Notes under the pieces: generated by a model
Told to the model about the DNA's origin: nothing
Database searches by the model: none
Seen by the model: the letters and a program-made list of their open reading frames with translations, nothing else
Source of the DNA: an uncultured Methanosarcinales archaeon
GTDB lineage: Archaea > Nanobdellota > Nanobdellia > Woesearchaeales > JACPBV01
Reading direction: 5' to 3'
Assembly (NCBI GenBank): GCA_964609455.1
Contig: CAZSRD010000005.1
Coordinates: 4,878 to 68,877 of the forward strand
Length of the DNA: 64,000 nucleotides
Program-made: the position numbers and the translations under genes
Part shown: positions 19,952-30,131 of the stretch, one piece after another
Layout: the number at the start of each line of letters is the position of its first letter
Position numbering within the stretch: position 1 is the stretch's first letter

Positions 19952-20287
19952 ATGGCAGATGAACCAACAGATAAAATATATGAAGCAATTGAAACAGCTA
20001 AATCTACAGGAAAATTAAGGAGAGGAACAAACGAAGTAACAAAAGCAATAGAGAAGGGAACGGCAAAATTAGTTATTGTTGCTAAAGATGTAAATCCTCC
20101 TGAAATAACAATGCATATTCCATTATTATGCAAAGAAAAAGGAATAACCTGTGTTGAGGTGCCTTCTAAGGAAGAGTTAGGAGCTGCTTCAGGCATAGAA
20201 AAACCTACTGCTTCAGTGGCTATTGTCCAGGAAGGAGAGGCAAAGGGCTTAATAAAAGAAGTAACTGCAAGCGCAAAGAAAGAATAA
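19952..20287 (+). CDS. rpl7ae: 50S ribosomal protein L7Ae
   Basis: GKLRRGTNEVTKAIEKG, DVNPPEI; AGGTGA RBS before ATG 19952. Confidence 0.97.
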   Translation: MADEPTDKIYEAIETAKSTGKLRRGTNEVTKAIEKGTAKLVIVAKDVNPPEITMHIPLLCKEKGITCVEVPSKEELGAASGIEKPTASVAIVQEGEAKGLIKEVTASAKKE

Positions 20288-20288
20288 A

Positions 20289-20621
20289 ATGGCACAGAAA
20301 AAGATGGCTGGAAAAGAGGAATCAGTATCAGAAGACGGTAAAGTAGAGAATAAAAGGAGAGTAAAAGAGGAAGAAGTAAAGAAAGGCTCTGTTCATTTTA
20401 CACAAGCAATCCCTGCCAGGGTTGAGGAGGTTATTGGGAGGACAGGGACAAGAGGAGAAGCAATACAGGTGAGATGCAAGATTTTAGATGGAAGAGACCA
20501 AAATAAGGTTTTGAGAAGAAATGTCAGGGGGCCTATACAGGTTGGCGATGTTCTTATGCTAAGGGAAACTGAAATCGAGGCAAGGGCTTTAAGCAAAGCA
20601 GGCAGAGGCTCAGGGAGTTAG
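20289..20621 (+). CDS. rps28e: 30S ribosomal protein S28e with N-terminal extension
   Basis: IGRTGTRGEAIQVRC, RNVRGP, LRETEIEAR. Confidence 0.95.
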   Translation: MAQKKMAGKEESVSEDGKVENKRRVKEEEVKKGSVHFTQAIPARVEEVIGRTGTRGEAIQVRCKILDGRDQNKVLRRNVRGPIQVGDVLMLRETEIEARALSKAGRGSGS

Positions 20622-20625
20622 AAAA

Positions 20626-20796
20626 ATGGTAAAATGCACATTTTGCGGCAATATACTTGACCCAGGAACTGGGAAGATGTATGTTCAGAAGGATGCTAAG
20701 ATATTATATTTTTGCACTATGAAATGCGAAAAGAATATGTTAAAGTTAAAAAGAAAACCATATAATATAAAGTGGACTAAATCTTATAAAAAATAA
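20626..20796 (+). CDS. rpl24e: 50S ribosomal protein L24e (not in ORF track)
   Basis: MVKCTFCG..PGTGKMYV..YFCTMKCEKN..KWT; conserved position. Confidence 0.95.
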   Translation: MVKCTFCGNILDPGTGKMYVQKDAKILYFCTMKCEKNMLKLKRKPYNIKWTKSYKK

Positions 20797-20797
20797 A

Positions 20798-21307
20798 ATG
20801 GCAGTCGAACAATCTTTGGTGCTAATAAAACCTGATGGATTAGTCAAATCTTTGACGGGAGATATCTTGTCAAAGATGTCTGAAATAGATCTTAAGATAG
20901 TTGGAGCTAAGATAGTCCAGGTTACCAGAGAATTAGCAGAAGAACATTACCAGCACCTTAGAGAAGAAAAGTTTTTTGATGAATTGATAAAATATATCAT
21001 GGGGGAGTACCATACAAAGAGGGTTTTGGCTTTGGTTTATCATGGTGAAGATGCTATCAAAAAGGTAAGGAAGATTGTAGGCGAGACAAACCCAGAGAAA
21101 GCAGAGCCTACATCCATAAGGGGAAAATATGGGAGGATTACATCTGCAGGAGTTTTTGAAAATGTTGTCCATGCTTCTGAAAATACAAAGGAATCAGAGA
21201 GAGAAATCAAATTGTGGTTCAGGCCAGATGAGCTGGTTTATACCCTTTATCCTACTGAATTAAGAAACGTACAAATAGATAAAGCCTTCTGGAAGGGGAA
21301 GAAATAG
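20798..21307 (+). CDS. ndk: nucleoside diphosphate kinase
   Basis: LIKPDG, GETNP, SIRG, NVVHAS. Confidence 0.95.
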   Translation: MAVEQSLVLIKPDGLVKSLTGDILSKMSEIDLKIVGAKIVQVTRELAEEHYQHLREEKFFDELIKYIMGEYHTKRVLALVYHGEDAIKKVRKIVGETNPEKAEPTSIRGKYGRITSAGVFENVVHASENTKESEREIKLWFRPDELVYTLYPTELRNVQIDKAFWKGKK

Positions 21308-21315
21308 GCGGTATT

Positions 21316-23508
21316 ATGGCAGAAAAGATGACCGAAAAGATATTCAGGATCATGAGATTTCCTGAGCAGATCAGAAATATTGCTACATGCGCGCATATTG
21401 ATCATGGTAAAACTACATTTTCAGATAATCTGCTTTCAGGAGCAGGAATGATGTCTAAGGATGATGCAGGAAAAGCGCTAAAGCTAGATTTCCATGAAGA
21501 TGAACAGCAGAGAGGAATTACAATTGATACAGCAGCTGTTTCTATGGTTCATAATTTTGAGGGTAAGGAATATTTGATTAATCTGCTTGATACACCAGGA
21601 CACGTTGATTTTGGCGGTGATGTTACAAGGGCCATGAGGGCAGTGGATGGCGCTATTGTCTTATGCTGCGCTGTTGAGGGCATAATGCCTCAGACAGAGA
21701 CTGTTCTAAGGCAGGCTCTTAAGGAGAGAGTAAGGCCAATTCTATATATAAACAAGGTTGACAGGCTGATCAAAGAAGTTAAATTAACACCTGAGCAAAT
21801 GCAGAAAAAATTTATTGATATCATCAATAATGTTAATAAGCTGATAAAAGAGATTGCAGAAAAAGAATTTGGAGACAAATGGCAAGTTAATGTACAAGAT
21901 GGTACAGTTGGTTTTGGATCAGCTTTTCACAATTGGGGCTTAAGCCTGCCTTATATGCAGAAGAAAGGAATCTCATTTAAAGATGTTATAGATGCTTATA
22001 GCGAGCCAGATGAAAATAAACAAAAAGAAAACATAAAAGCTTTAGCTGAAAAAGCTCCTCTGCATGAGGTTGTCCTTAATATGGTCATTAGGCATCACCC
22101 AAATCCAGTTCAAGCGCAGAATTATAGGATTCCCAAGATATGGCATGGTGAATTGGAATCAGAAGAGGGAAAATCACTAAGAGCATGTAATCCAAATGGG
22201 CCTTTATTTTTTGTTGTTACTAAGATAGTTGTCGATCCACAAGCTGGAGAGATTTCTGCTGGAAGGTTATTTTCAGGAACAATGGAAAAAGGAAAAGAAG
22301 TTTATCTTAGCATGGGCAAGACCACAGGGAGAGTGCAGCAGGTTTTTGTTTATAATGGAGCCAAGAGAGAGATTGTAGAAGATGCTCCTTGCGGCAATAT
22401 CATCGGTGTAGCTGGAATAAAAAGTTTTGTTGGAGAGACGGTTTCTTCAAAAGAAACAGAGCCTTTTGAAAAGATAAGCCATATTTTTGAGCCTGTCATA
22501 ACAAAAGCTATTGAAGCTACACAACCTTCAGATTTGCCTAAATTAGTTGAGATATTAAAGATTGTTGGGAAAGAAGATCCTACTATTCAGATTGAGATTA
22601 ATGAAGAGACTGGTGAGAATTTAATGCATGGAATGGGTGAGCTGCATTTAGAGGTTATTGAAAACAGAATCAGGGATGAAAAAGGCCTTAAGGTCAAAAC
22701 ATCCAACCCAATTGTTGTTTACAGAGAGACGATAACAAAGAAATCTCCTGAGGTTGAAGGAAAAACACCTAACAAACATAACAAGTTCTATTTTTATGTT
22801 GAGCCTTTAGAGCCTGCTATCAGAGAGGTTATTAAAAAAGGCGAGCTGCCTGAGATGAGATTCAAGAAAAAAGATCTGGCTGTCAGAGACAAATTAGTTG
22901 AGTGCGGGATGGACAGCAAGGTAGCTGTTAAGATCAAGAATATATATAAAGGCAATATGCTTATAGAGCAGACCAGGGGATTAGTGCATATTGGAGAAGT
23001 AATGGAGATGGTTCAGGACATGTTTGAAGATGTTATGAGATCCGGCCCTTTGGCAAAAGATCCATGCATTGGAGTTAAGGTTGTATTTACAGATGCTAAA
23101 CTGCACGAAGATGCTATCCATAGAGGCCCTGCCCAGGTTTATCCTGCTGTTAGGGAATCTATAAGGGGGGCGATGATGCAGGCCAGGCCATTGATGTTTG
23201 AGCCTTATCAGGTATTGCATATAGAAGCTCCAAATGAGTTTATGGGAGAACTTTCTAAGCTGATTTCGAATAAGAGGGGACAATTGTTAGACATGCAGCA
23301 GGAAGGAAGCTTGGTTATTGCAAAAGCTAAGATGCCAGTAGCTGAATTGTTAGGATGGAGCTCTGATTTGAGAAGCGCAACTGGCGGCAGAGGCAATAGC
23401 TCTTTAATAGACCAGATGTTTGAGAAACTGCCAGAAGAGCTGCAGCAGAAAGTCATTAAATCAATCAGAGGCAGAAAAGGATTAACAGATGCTATGGTTG
23501 GCGCGTAA
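21316..23508 (+). CDS. fusA: translation elongation factor aEF-2
   Basis: AHIDHGKTT, RGITI, DTPGHVDF, LHEDAIHRGPAQ diphthamide loop. Confidence 0.98.
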   Translation: MAEKMTEKIFRIMRFPEQIRNIATCAHIDHGKTTFSDNLLSGAGMMSKDDAGKALKLDFHEDEQQRGITIDTAAVSMVHNFEGKEYLINLLDTPGHVDFGGDVTRAMRAVDGAIVLCCAVEGIMPQTETVLRQALKERVRPILYINKVDRLIKEVKLTPEQMQKKFIDIINNVNKLIKEIAEKEFGDKWQVNVQDGTVGFGSAFHNWGLSLPYMQKKGISFKDVIDAYSEPDENKQKENIKALAEKAPLHEVVLNMVIRHHPNPVQAQNYRIPKIWHGELESEEGKSLRACNPNGPLFFVVTKIVVDPQAGEISAGRLFSGTMEKGKEVYLSMGKTTGRVQQVFVYNGAKREIVEDAPCGNIIGVAGIKSFVGETVSSKETEPFEKISHIFEPVITKAIEATQPSDLPKLVEILKIVGKEDPTIQIEINEETGENLMHGMGELHLEVIENRIRDEKGLKVKTSNPIVVYRETITKKSPEVEGKTPNKHNKFYFYVEPLEPAIREVIKKGELPEMRFKKKDLAVRDKLVECGMDSKVAVKIKNIYKGNMLIEQTRGLVHIGEVMEMVQDMFEDVMRSGPLAKDPCIGVKVVFTDAKLHEDAIHRGPAQVYPAVRESIRGAMMQARPLMFEPYQVLHIEAPNEFMGELSKLISNKRGQLLDMQQEGSLVIAKAKMPVAELLGWSSDLRSATGGRGNSSLIDQMFEKLPEELQQKVIKSIRGRKGLTDAMVGA

Positions 23509-23597
23509 AAAACTAATAAAACAGTAAGATTTATAAAGCAAGACAAAATTCCTACAGTATAAATATTCACATAAAAATCTAAACAAGGTGGTAAATA

Positions 23598-24878
23598 ATG
23601 GCTAAAGAAAAACAGCATATAAATTTGGTATTTATCGGTCACGTTGACCATGGAAAATCAACTACAGTAGGCAGAATGTTATATGATTCTAAGAATATCG
23701 ATGAACAGGCTATGAGGAAGCTAACAGAAAGAGCTAAAGAGCTTGGAAAACCTGGCTTTGAGTTTGCTTTCGTTATGGACAACCTAAAAGAAGAGCAGGA
23801 AAGAGGAGTTACAATAGACCTAGCTCACAAGAGATTTGATACACCTAAATATTATTTTACAATAATTGATGCGCCTGGGCACAAGGACTTTATCAAGAAC
23901 ATGATTACAGGAGCTGCTCAAGCAGATGCAGGTGTTGTTGTAGTAGATTGCTCAAATGGCGTGCAGGCACAAACAAAGGAACATATTTTCCTGGCAAGAA
24001 CCTTAGGGGTCAACCAGCTAATAATTGCTGTTAACAAGATGGACATGGTGAAGTATGATGAAGCCAGATTCAAGAAAGTAAAAGAAGAGGTTTCAACATT
24101 GCTGAAAACAGTAGGTTATAAGCCAGATACAATACCTTTCATACCAGAAGCAGCTTTACTTGGGCAGAACGTTGTTAATAAAAGCGACAAAATGCCCTGG
24201 TATACAGGCGCAACTTTGTTAGAAACATTGGATACATTAAGTCCACCTGAAAAACCAACAAACTTACCATTAAGGCTGCCAATACAAGATGTTTATAGCA
24301 TAACAGGGATTGGTGTTGTTCCAGTTGGAAGAGTTGAAACTGGAGTTATGAAAGTTGGAGACAAGGTTATTATAGTTCCAGGAAGAGAAGGAAAGGGAAT
24401 TACAGGCGAAGTTAAGACAATAGAGATGCATCATGAACAGATGCAGAAAGCAGAGCCTGGAGACAATATTGGATTTAATGTTAGGGGCATAGAGAAGAAA
24501 GACATAACAAGAGGAGATGTTTTAGGCCATACAGATAATCCGCCTTCACTTGCTACAGAATTCACAGCACAAATTGTTGTTTTAAACCATCCAACAGTTT
24601 TAACAGTTGGATACACACCAGTATTCCATATACATACAGCTCAGGTTGCATGCCAAATAGTTGCTATAGAGAAGAAATTAAATCCAGCAACTGGCGAAGT
24701 AATGCAGGAAAATCCAGATTTCATAAAGAATGGCGATGCAGCTATTATCAGAGTAAAGCCAGTTACACCATTAGTAATTGAAAGGCAGAAAGACATTCCA
24801 GAAATGAGCAGATTTGCAGTCAGAGATTCCGGCGCAACTGTTGCAGCAGGAATGTGCATTGACCTAGTGAAGAAGTAA
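23598..24878 (+). CDS. tuf: translation elongation factor aEF-1alpha
   Basis: [18 protein letters not shown]. Confidence 0.98.
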   Translation: MAKEKQHINLVFIGHVDHGKSTTVGRMLYDSKNIDEQAMRKLTERAKELGKPGFEFAFVMDNLKEEQERGVTIDLAHKRFDTPKYYFTIIDAPGHKDFIKNMITGAAQADAGVVVVDCSNGVQAQTKEHIFLARTLGVNQLIIAVNKMDMVKYDEARFKKVKEEVSTLLKTVGYKPDTIPFIPEAALLGQNVVNKSDKMPWYTGATLLETLDTLSPPEKPTNLPLRLPIQDVYSITGIGVVPVGRVETGVMKVGDKVIIVPGREGKGITGEVKTIEMHHEQMQKAEPGDNIGFNVRGIEKKDITRGDVLGHTDNPPSLATEFTAQIVVLNHPTVLTVGYTPVFHIHTAQVACQIVAIEKKLNPATGEVMQENPDFIKNGDAAIIRVKPVTPLVIERQKDIPEMSRFAVRDSGATVAAGMCIDLVKK

Positions 24879-24954
24879 ATTTTTTTATTTTTCTTCCCTC
24901 TATCGGGTCATGACAAGCTGAGCTTATCATGGAGTAAACTCCCAGTGATCGCAG

Positions 24955-25263
24955 ATGCAAAAAGCAAGAATAAAACTAGCAAGCACAGAAATCGCAAAAA
25001 TTAATGAAGTATGCGATTACATTAAAGATATTTCTACTAAGACTGGAGTTGACATGAGGGGCCCGATACCATTGCCAACAAAGAAGCTAAAGTTAGCTAC
25101 AAGGAAAGGGCCAGATGGCGGCGGGACTTCTACATGGGATAGATACGAGATGAGAATTTATAAAAGAGTTATTGATCTAGGCCTAGATGAAAGGGCTTTA
25201 AGATTGGTTATGAGAGTTCCTATTCCAGAAGGGCTTAATATTGAGATTGAGATGATTGAGTAG
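24955..25263 (+). CDS. rpsJ: 30S ribosomal protein S10
   Basis: GPIPLPTK, WDRYEMRIYKR. Confidence 0.97.
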   Translation: MQKARIKLASTEIAKINEVCDYIKDISTKTGVDMRGPIPLPTKKLKLATRKGPDGGGTSTWDRYEMRIYKRVIDLGLDERALRLVMRVPIPEGLNIEIEMIE

Positions 25264-25268
25264 TTTTA

Positions 25269-26075
25269 CTAGTTTCTAATTTTATCTGCAATTCTTTTGG
25301 CTTCTCTAACAATTCTGGGGATCATATCCAGCCTTATCTCATATTCCCACAATAACTGTTCCATCTTTCTTATTTTTTTCTTGGTGTCTCTTCTTGTTAC
25401 CTTATCAACTTTATTTAAAGATTCTTTCTGTTCTTTTATTCCTTCTCTTAAAGCCCTGATACTTCTCTTTAGTTTTTCTTCTTCAATGTAAAAATTAGAG
25501 TATGCATAAGCCTCACGAATAGATTTTCCTGAACTCATAAAAGATACCATAGACGCTATTCTTGCTTCGATTTCATCATGATTTGTTATAAACAGCAATT
25601 CTTTAGACATCTTACGGCTAGATCTTGGTGCATCAGTCAGTTTTGCTACAGCTCTTTCTATTACCATATCCCTCCTTAGTTCTTCAGGAATATTAATTGT
25701 CATCTTGTTTTGCAGGATATGCTGATATTCATGTATCAACCAGGTTCTATTTCTTGGGTTGCTGTCTAATAGCTTTGCAGCCAGGTCTGGATTTCTTTCA
25801 ATTCTTTCTAGGGCTTGTTCAGACACACCAAATTGATCAATGTAAACATACATTTTCCCTGTTATCCTATTGTGGGCCCTAACACTATTTGCGCTGCCTG
25901 AATATAAGTCATAGAATCCACCAAATAGATGTTTAACAAGAAAACTATTCCTGATTATTACTTTTGGATTAGGCAACATTCCCTTAAAATTAGGATATTT
26001 AACACGAACATATCTTTGCAGATATTCAAAGGTCTTTGGGAATAACTCTGAAAAATAGCCTTTTTTAATGTTCAT
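25269..26075 (-). CDS. hypothetical protein, possible zincin-like metalloprotease
   Basis: IHEYQH plus downstream EIEAR. Confidence 0.55.
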   Translation of the reverse strand: MNIKKGYFSELFPKTFEYLQRYVRVKYPNFKGMLPNPKVIIRNSFLVKHLFGGFYDLYSGSANSVRAHNRITGKMYVYIDQFGVSEQALERIERNPDLAAKLLDSNPRNRTWLIHEYQHILQNKMTINIPEELRRDMVIERAVAKLTDAPRSSRKMSKELLFITNHDEIEARIASMVSFMSSGKSIREAYAYSNFYIEEEKLKRSIRALREGIKEQKESLNKVDKVTRRDTKKKIRKMEQLLWEYEIRLDMIPRIVREAKRIADKIRN

Positions 26076-26198
26076 ATTTGATTATTTATCTGTTGGGATT
26101 ATAAACTTTTTGATGTGAAAACCAACATATTCAAATTAAAAGCAGTAATCTAACTATCTTTATTGAGATGATTGAGTAATTCTGAGTTATATTTATAA

Positions 26199-27176
26199 AT
26201 GCAGATTCGTTCTTCTACTATCAAAATGTCTTATAAACTAAGATATATCACTTTAAATTATCAACCTCCTGTTGCTATTGGATCAGAATCAGTTCTTTAT
26301 AGGGCAGAGGGCAATATGGTTAGGCATCTCTGTGTGAAAGAAGTTAGGCGTGATTCATTTAAAGACTCAAACCATAGACAATCAAGAGAATCAGCAGATA
26401 GAGACTGTATGCAACATGGAATAAACGATAAAGCTCGTAGGGACTCTTATAAGTTTAGAGTGCAACATCTTAGAACTGAAGCTGAAGTCGGAAAGACGTT
26501 ATATGAAGATGGTGAAATACCTGTTGTGCAGGTGTATGCCTTTAGAAGGGTCGGTATTCCTTTTTTTGAGGATGGTTATGACCTTGTTATGGAATATGTT
26601 CCAGGTAAAGACCTTAGTGATAAAGCATTTTTAGATACTTTGTCTTTTGAAGATAAACTAAATTACTTCTTTCAGACAGCATTGGCTTTAAAATATGTTC
26701 ATGGAAAAGGCTATTTGCATTTGGATGGAAAACCAAGAAATATTATGGTTTCTAATGGACATGTAAAACTTATTGACTTTGCTTATAGTTTACCTATTGG
26801 GACAATACCTTCCTTCTTTAGAGGGACTCCCGGGTATAGTCCTCCGGAACAGATTCTTTGTCGTTCTCTTGATGGGGGAACGGATGTATTTTCATTTGGG
26901 GTTGCATTTAATGTTATATTTGGGGGTCCTAAAATAAATGAACAGCTTAGGGGTACTACTTTCTTAAAGGGGTGGTCTGAGGGTGCATTTAATACAAGAA
27001 CACCAGCAGTAGAGACGTCTGATGAATTGAAAGATACTCCTAGGCTTGCCGAACTCATTAAAAGATGCACTATACCAAGAAGGAAGGTTAGAGTGCATAA
27101 TACAGATTTTTTAATTGATGAATTATGGAAGATAGGGAAAGAGTTAGGTATTAAATTGACAGAAACTTTTTCATAA
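26199..27176 (+). CDS. Hanks-type Ser/Thr protein kinase
   Basis: VKE, LVMEY, HLDGKPRNI, IDFA, GTPGYSPPE, DVFSFG. Confidence 0.9.
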   Translation: MQIRSSTIKMSYKLRYITLNYQPPVAIGSESVLYRAEGNMVRHLCVKEVRRDSFKDSNHRQSRESADRDCMQHGINDKARRDSYKFRVQHLRTEAEVGKTLYEDGEIPVVQVYAFRRVGIPFFEDGYDLVMEYVPGKDLSDKAFLDTLSFEDKLNYFFQTALALKYVHGKGYLHLDGKPRNIMVSNGHVKLIDFAYSLPIGTIPSFFRGTPGYSPPEQILCRSLDGGTDVFSFGVAFNVIFGGPKINEQLRGTTFLKGWSEGAFNTRTPAVETSDELKDTPRLAELIKRCTIPRRKVRVHNTDFLIDELWKIGKELGIKLTETFS

Positions 27177-27192
27177 AAAACCAACAGAATTC

Positions 27193-28860
27193 TTAGATTA
27201 GTCTTGCCGTTAAAGGAGTGTTTGCGCAGTAGACACTGAAAGTGCTATCTTCCCTGATAAATATAGCATTACAACGGGCATCTCTCGCTTCAGCAAATTT
27301 TTCTCTTGCGTTATCAGTAGCTAGTTGTATCCCTAATTTTGTACGATCCTCATCTAAATCATGGCGTGTTTCTGGGCAGAACCATCTTCCTAAGTCGCCA
27401 CCATAAGACAAGCCTTTTCCATAACTGGCATAATTTAATGCATCTCCATTATACCTGTAAATTCTTGCTTCTGATGTTGCTGTTTTTATCATAAATATAT
27501 GGTTGTCCTCAACTACCCAGACTATGTCGTGAGGTTGCTTGGACATTGTTGTTCTGTATTGAAGGGCTTTTTGCTTTAACCTTTTCATCTCTTCAGCTTT
27601 GGTGTTACAAACACTTGCTTCAATCAGATGTTCTCCTGGGTCTTCCATTGGTAGTACAGATTCTAAATCTGGCCTTTCCCAAACGGATATAGCATCAAAT
27701 GCTGCTCTTTTCAATAGGGCAGTTGCAAATTTTCTTCCGTCTTCATGAAGCCTTTTTATAGCTTCTAGCGTAAACGGCTGCCTTAAATATAATTCTGGAT
27801 GCTTTGAATTTTGGTTTATGTTAATGAGCCTAAGGATATGATCTCCTTCCCATCCGGCGGGCCTTCTCTCTTGAGAGTAAATAGTGAATGCTTCAATTGT
27901 TCTGCTCAACTCTTCTTCCCAGAAGATACTTAAATCTCTGCCAGGCAATATGCTTGTTCCGTCTCTGTATAACCTTGCTGCCAGATTCTTTGTTTCGGAT
28001 TTTAGTTCATACCAATCCCTGCTTTGAACTAAAGACCTAACTTCTTTCCACCACATTTGTGCTGGGTTAAAGGTTGGCCATTCAATTCCCATAAATCTTT
28101 CTTTTGCAAGTGCATCTGCACTCACTACATATGCCATAAATTCCCTTGCATCTGCTCTTCCTTTACCTTTTAGATATTCTTCCCATACAATATTTACGTT
28201 TGCTTTGTAGTTAGAGGTTATATTTTCTTTTTCATCTCCTAATAAAATCGCTAATTTTACTAAATCAATGAATTCATCTTTTTTATCGTCCTTGAGATTA
28301 CCCCTAAAAAGATTTTCATAAAAAAGAGAGCAAAATCTTTTTCTATGCTCTTTTAACATTTCCATTAGTTTGGCGCCATATTGTTCTCTTAATTTTTCGG
28401 CAAAGTCTGGCTGCGCAATTGCTTTTTTTGCCAAAGCATGCCAAACTACTCGATACCATCTTCTCGGTTCTTGGTTATAAATCGATTCATTGTTATGTAT
28501 GTGTACATCACGGTGGTCGAGCAAAGCATACAGTTGTTCAGGAGCATAATATAAAGCAACTGCTTTCTCACATAATCTTTGGGTTCTTGCTACGTCAAGC
28601 TTATTTTCTGTTGGTACATATACTGTTTCTTTTTCAGCTATCTGTTTTACTGCTTCTTCCATCAAAGTTATCTCTGCATCTGACATCTCCTCAAGCCCGC
28701 CTGTGACAGGGTCTTTCAGCCAATCAGTCATTCTACGCTGCCATAATATGTGTACATAAGGATCTTCTGTTCTAGGGAAATCTCCAACTGAATCAAGAAA
28801 CATCTGTGTATCTCTGCTTTTTACCGCTGCTTCAAGCCCCCCAAAGTTTACTTCGGTCAT
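27193..28860 (-). CDS. hypothetical protein
   Basis: 555-aa ORF, no recognised motif. Confidence 0.65.
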   Translation of the reverse strand: MTEVNFGGLEAAVKSRDTQMFLDSVGDFPRTEDPYVHILWQRRMTDWLKDPVTGGLEEMSDAEITLMEEAVKQIAEKETVYVPTENKLDVARTQRLCEKAVALYYAPEQLYALLDHRDVHIHNNESIYNQEPRRWYRVVWHALAKKAIAQPDFAEKLREQYGAKLMEMLKEHRKRFCSLFYENLFRGNLKDDKKDEFIDLVKLAILLGDEKENITSNYKANVNIVWEEYLKGKGRADAREFMAYVVSADALAKERFMGIEWPTFNPAQMWWKEVRSLVQSRDWYELKSETKNLAARLYRDGTSILPGRDLSIFWEEELSRTIEAFTIYSQERRPAGWEGDHILRLININQNSKHPELYLRQPFTLEAIKRLHEDGRKFATALLKRAAFDAISVWERPDLESVLPMEDPGEHLIEASVCNTKAEEMKRLKQKALQYRTTMSKQPHDIVWVVEDNHIFMIKTATSEARIYRYNGDALNYASYGKGLSYGGDLGRWFCPETRHDLDEDRTKLGIQLATDNAREKFAEARDARCNAIFIREDSTFSVYCANTPLTARLI

Positions 28861-29018
28861 TAATAGAGAAGAATGAATTTTGATTTAAAAAGTTATCTGA
28901 AAAAACTAAAAAAACCAACAATTTTATATATAAAACGATTAATCCCCTTTATTAGCCCAGCTTAGGATTTTGGAATGTCCTTTTTTAATTTTTGTATTTT
29001 CCATAAAGTTAGAGTAAT

Positions 29019-29816
29019 ATGAAAAACAAAAAAATTTCAAAAAAAGACCTTATTCAAGAAGTACATAATCTGGAACTTACATTACATAGGAGGCCAGTTA
29101 AAAGGGATAACGCAACATTATACAAAAATTCTAGAGAGTTTTTTGGTTCTTGGAATAAGATGTTATTTTCAGCAGGATACTCTGTTCAATTTTTACAAAA
29201 AATAGGTTCATATACATTTAATCATAATTTTGCATATTTTTTAGGATTATTAATCACTGATGGGCATATTGCTTATGATAAAAGACGAGAAAACTACAAA
29301 GTGGCCATCTATACTAGTTATCCAGACGAAAGAGATATGTTAGTAAAACTAATCAGGCATATATTTGAGTATAATGCACGTATTAGCAAGAAGAAGGCAG
29401 GGTATAATGTGAAATTTAATTTTGAAGTTAGGATAAATTCTAAAAAGCTTGCTGAGGATTTAATTGATGATTATTGTATTCCTTCAGGTAAAAAATCTTT
29501 AAACGTTCGTTTACCAAATTTCTTATTTAATACACAAATAAGGTGTAAGGAATCTTTTTTAAGGGGGGTTATTGATGGTGATGGTTCTATTACAAAGAGG
29601 GGAATAAAAATTGTATCTGGTTCTACACTTTTCCTTAAAGATTTGAAACATTTTTTATTCACTTTAAAAATTCACACTGGTAGTATTATAAAGGAGCACG
29701 ATAGAAATACTTATTCAATTAGGATTAATAAGAAAGAAGATTGGATTAAAATTAAACGAATTTACTCTTTTGGATATTTCTATAAGCGAAAGAGAGAAAG
29801 TATCAATAAGATTTAA
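29019..29816 (+). CDS. free-standing double-motif LAGLIDADG homing endonuclease
   Basis: AYFLGLLITDG and SFLRGVIDGDG; N-terminal FGSWN..AG repeat-like segment; no intein splicing motifs seen. Confidence 0.9.
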   Translation: MKNKKISKKDLIQEVHNLELTLHRRPVKRDNATLYKNSREFFGSWNKMLFSAGYSVQFLQKIGSYTFNHNFAYFLGLLITDGHIAYDKRRENYKVAIYTSYPDERDMLVKLIRHIFEYNARISKKKAGYNVKFNFEVRINSKKLAEDLIDDYCIPSGKKSLNVRLPNFLFNTQIRCKESFLRGVIDGDGSITKRGIKIVSGSTLFLKDLKHFLFTLKIHTGSIIKEHDRNTYSIRINKKEDWIKIKRIYSFGYFYKRKRESINKI

Positions 29817-29844
29817 ATAGGAGAAGCTAACCTCCCTGTACTAT

Positions 29845-29999
29845 CCCCGCTTAGTTTAGACTAACATTTTTTAGTGTTGGGAACAATGGCTAGAACGGTC
29901 GGCTGTAGATAAGATCACTTACTGACTTTGCATTTTGCATAGAATGAAAGTAAGTCAGCTGGTACCGACAAATCCCTGGTTCAAGTCCGGGAGCGGGGA
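29845..29999 (+). tRNA. tRNA-Tyr(GTA) with introns at 15/16 (29860-29886) and 37/38 (29909-29963)
   Basis: Acceptor CCCCGCT/AGCGGGG, D stem GTTT/GAAC, anticodon stem GTCGG/CCGAC, T arm CCTGG-TTCAAGT-CCGGG; BHB-like junctions. Confidence 0.9.
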
Positions 30000-30131
30000 T
30001 TTCTTATTTTTTATTTTATTTCTTGATATATTTTCTTGATGTATTAAAAATAGTAAACTTTATATACTTCCTATAATATTATATTGAATATTACTTAAAA
30101 TATTTGAAATAATATTATTCAAAATACTAAA

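Noticed and set aside
29019..29816. Intein-borne endonuclease
   Set aside because: No Cys/Ser start, no His-Asn end and no host exteins; same for 54224-54946.
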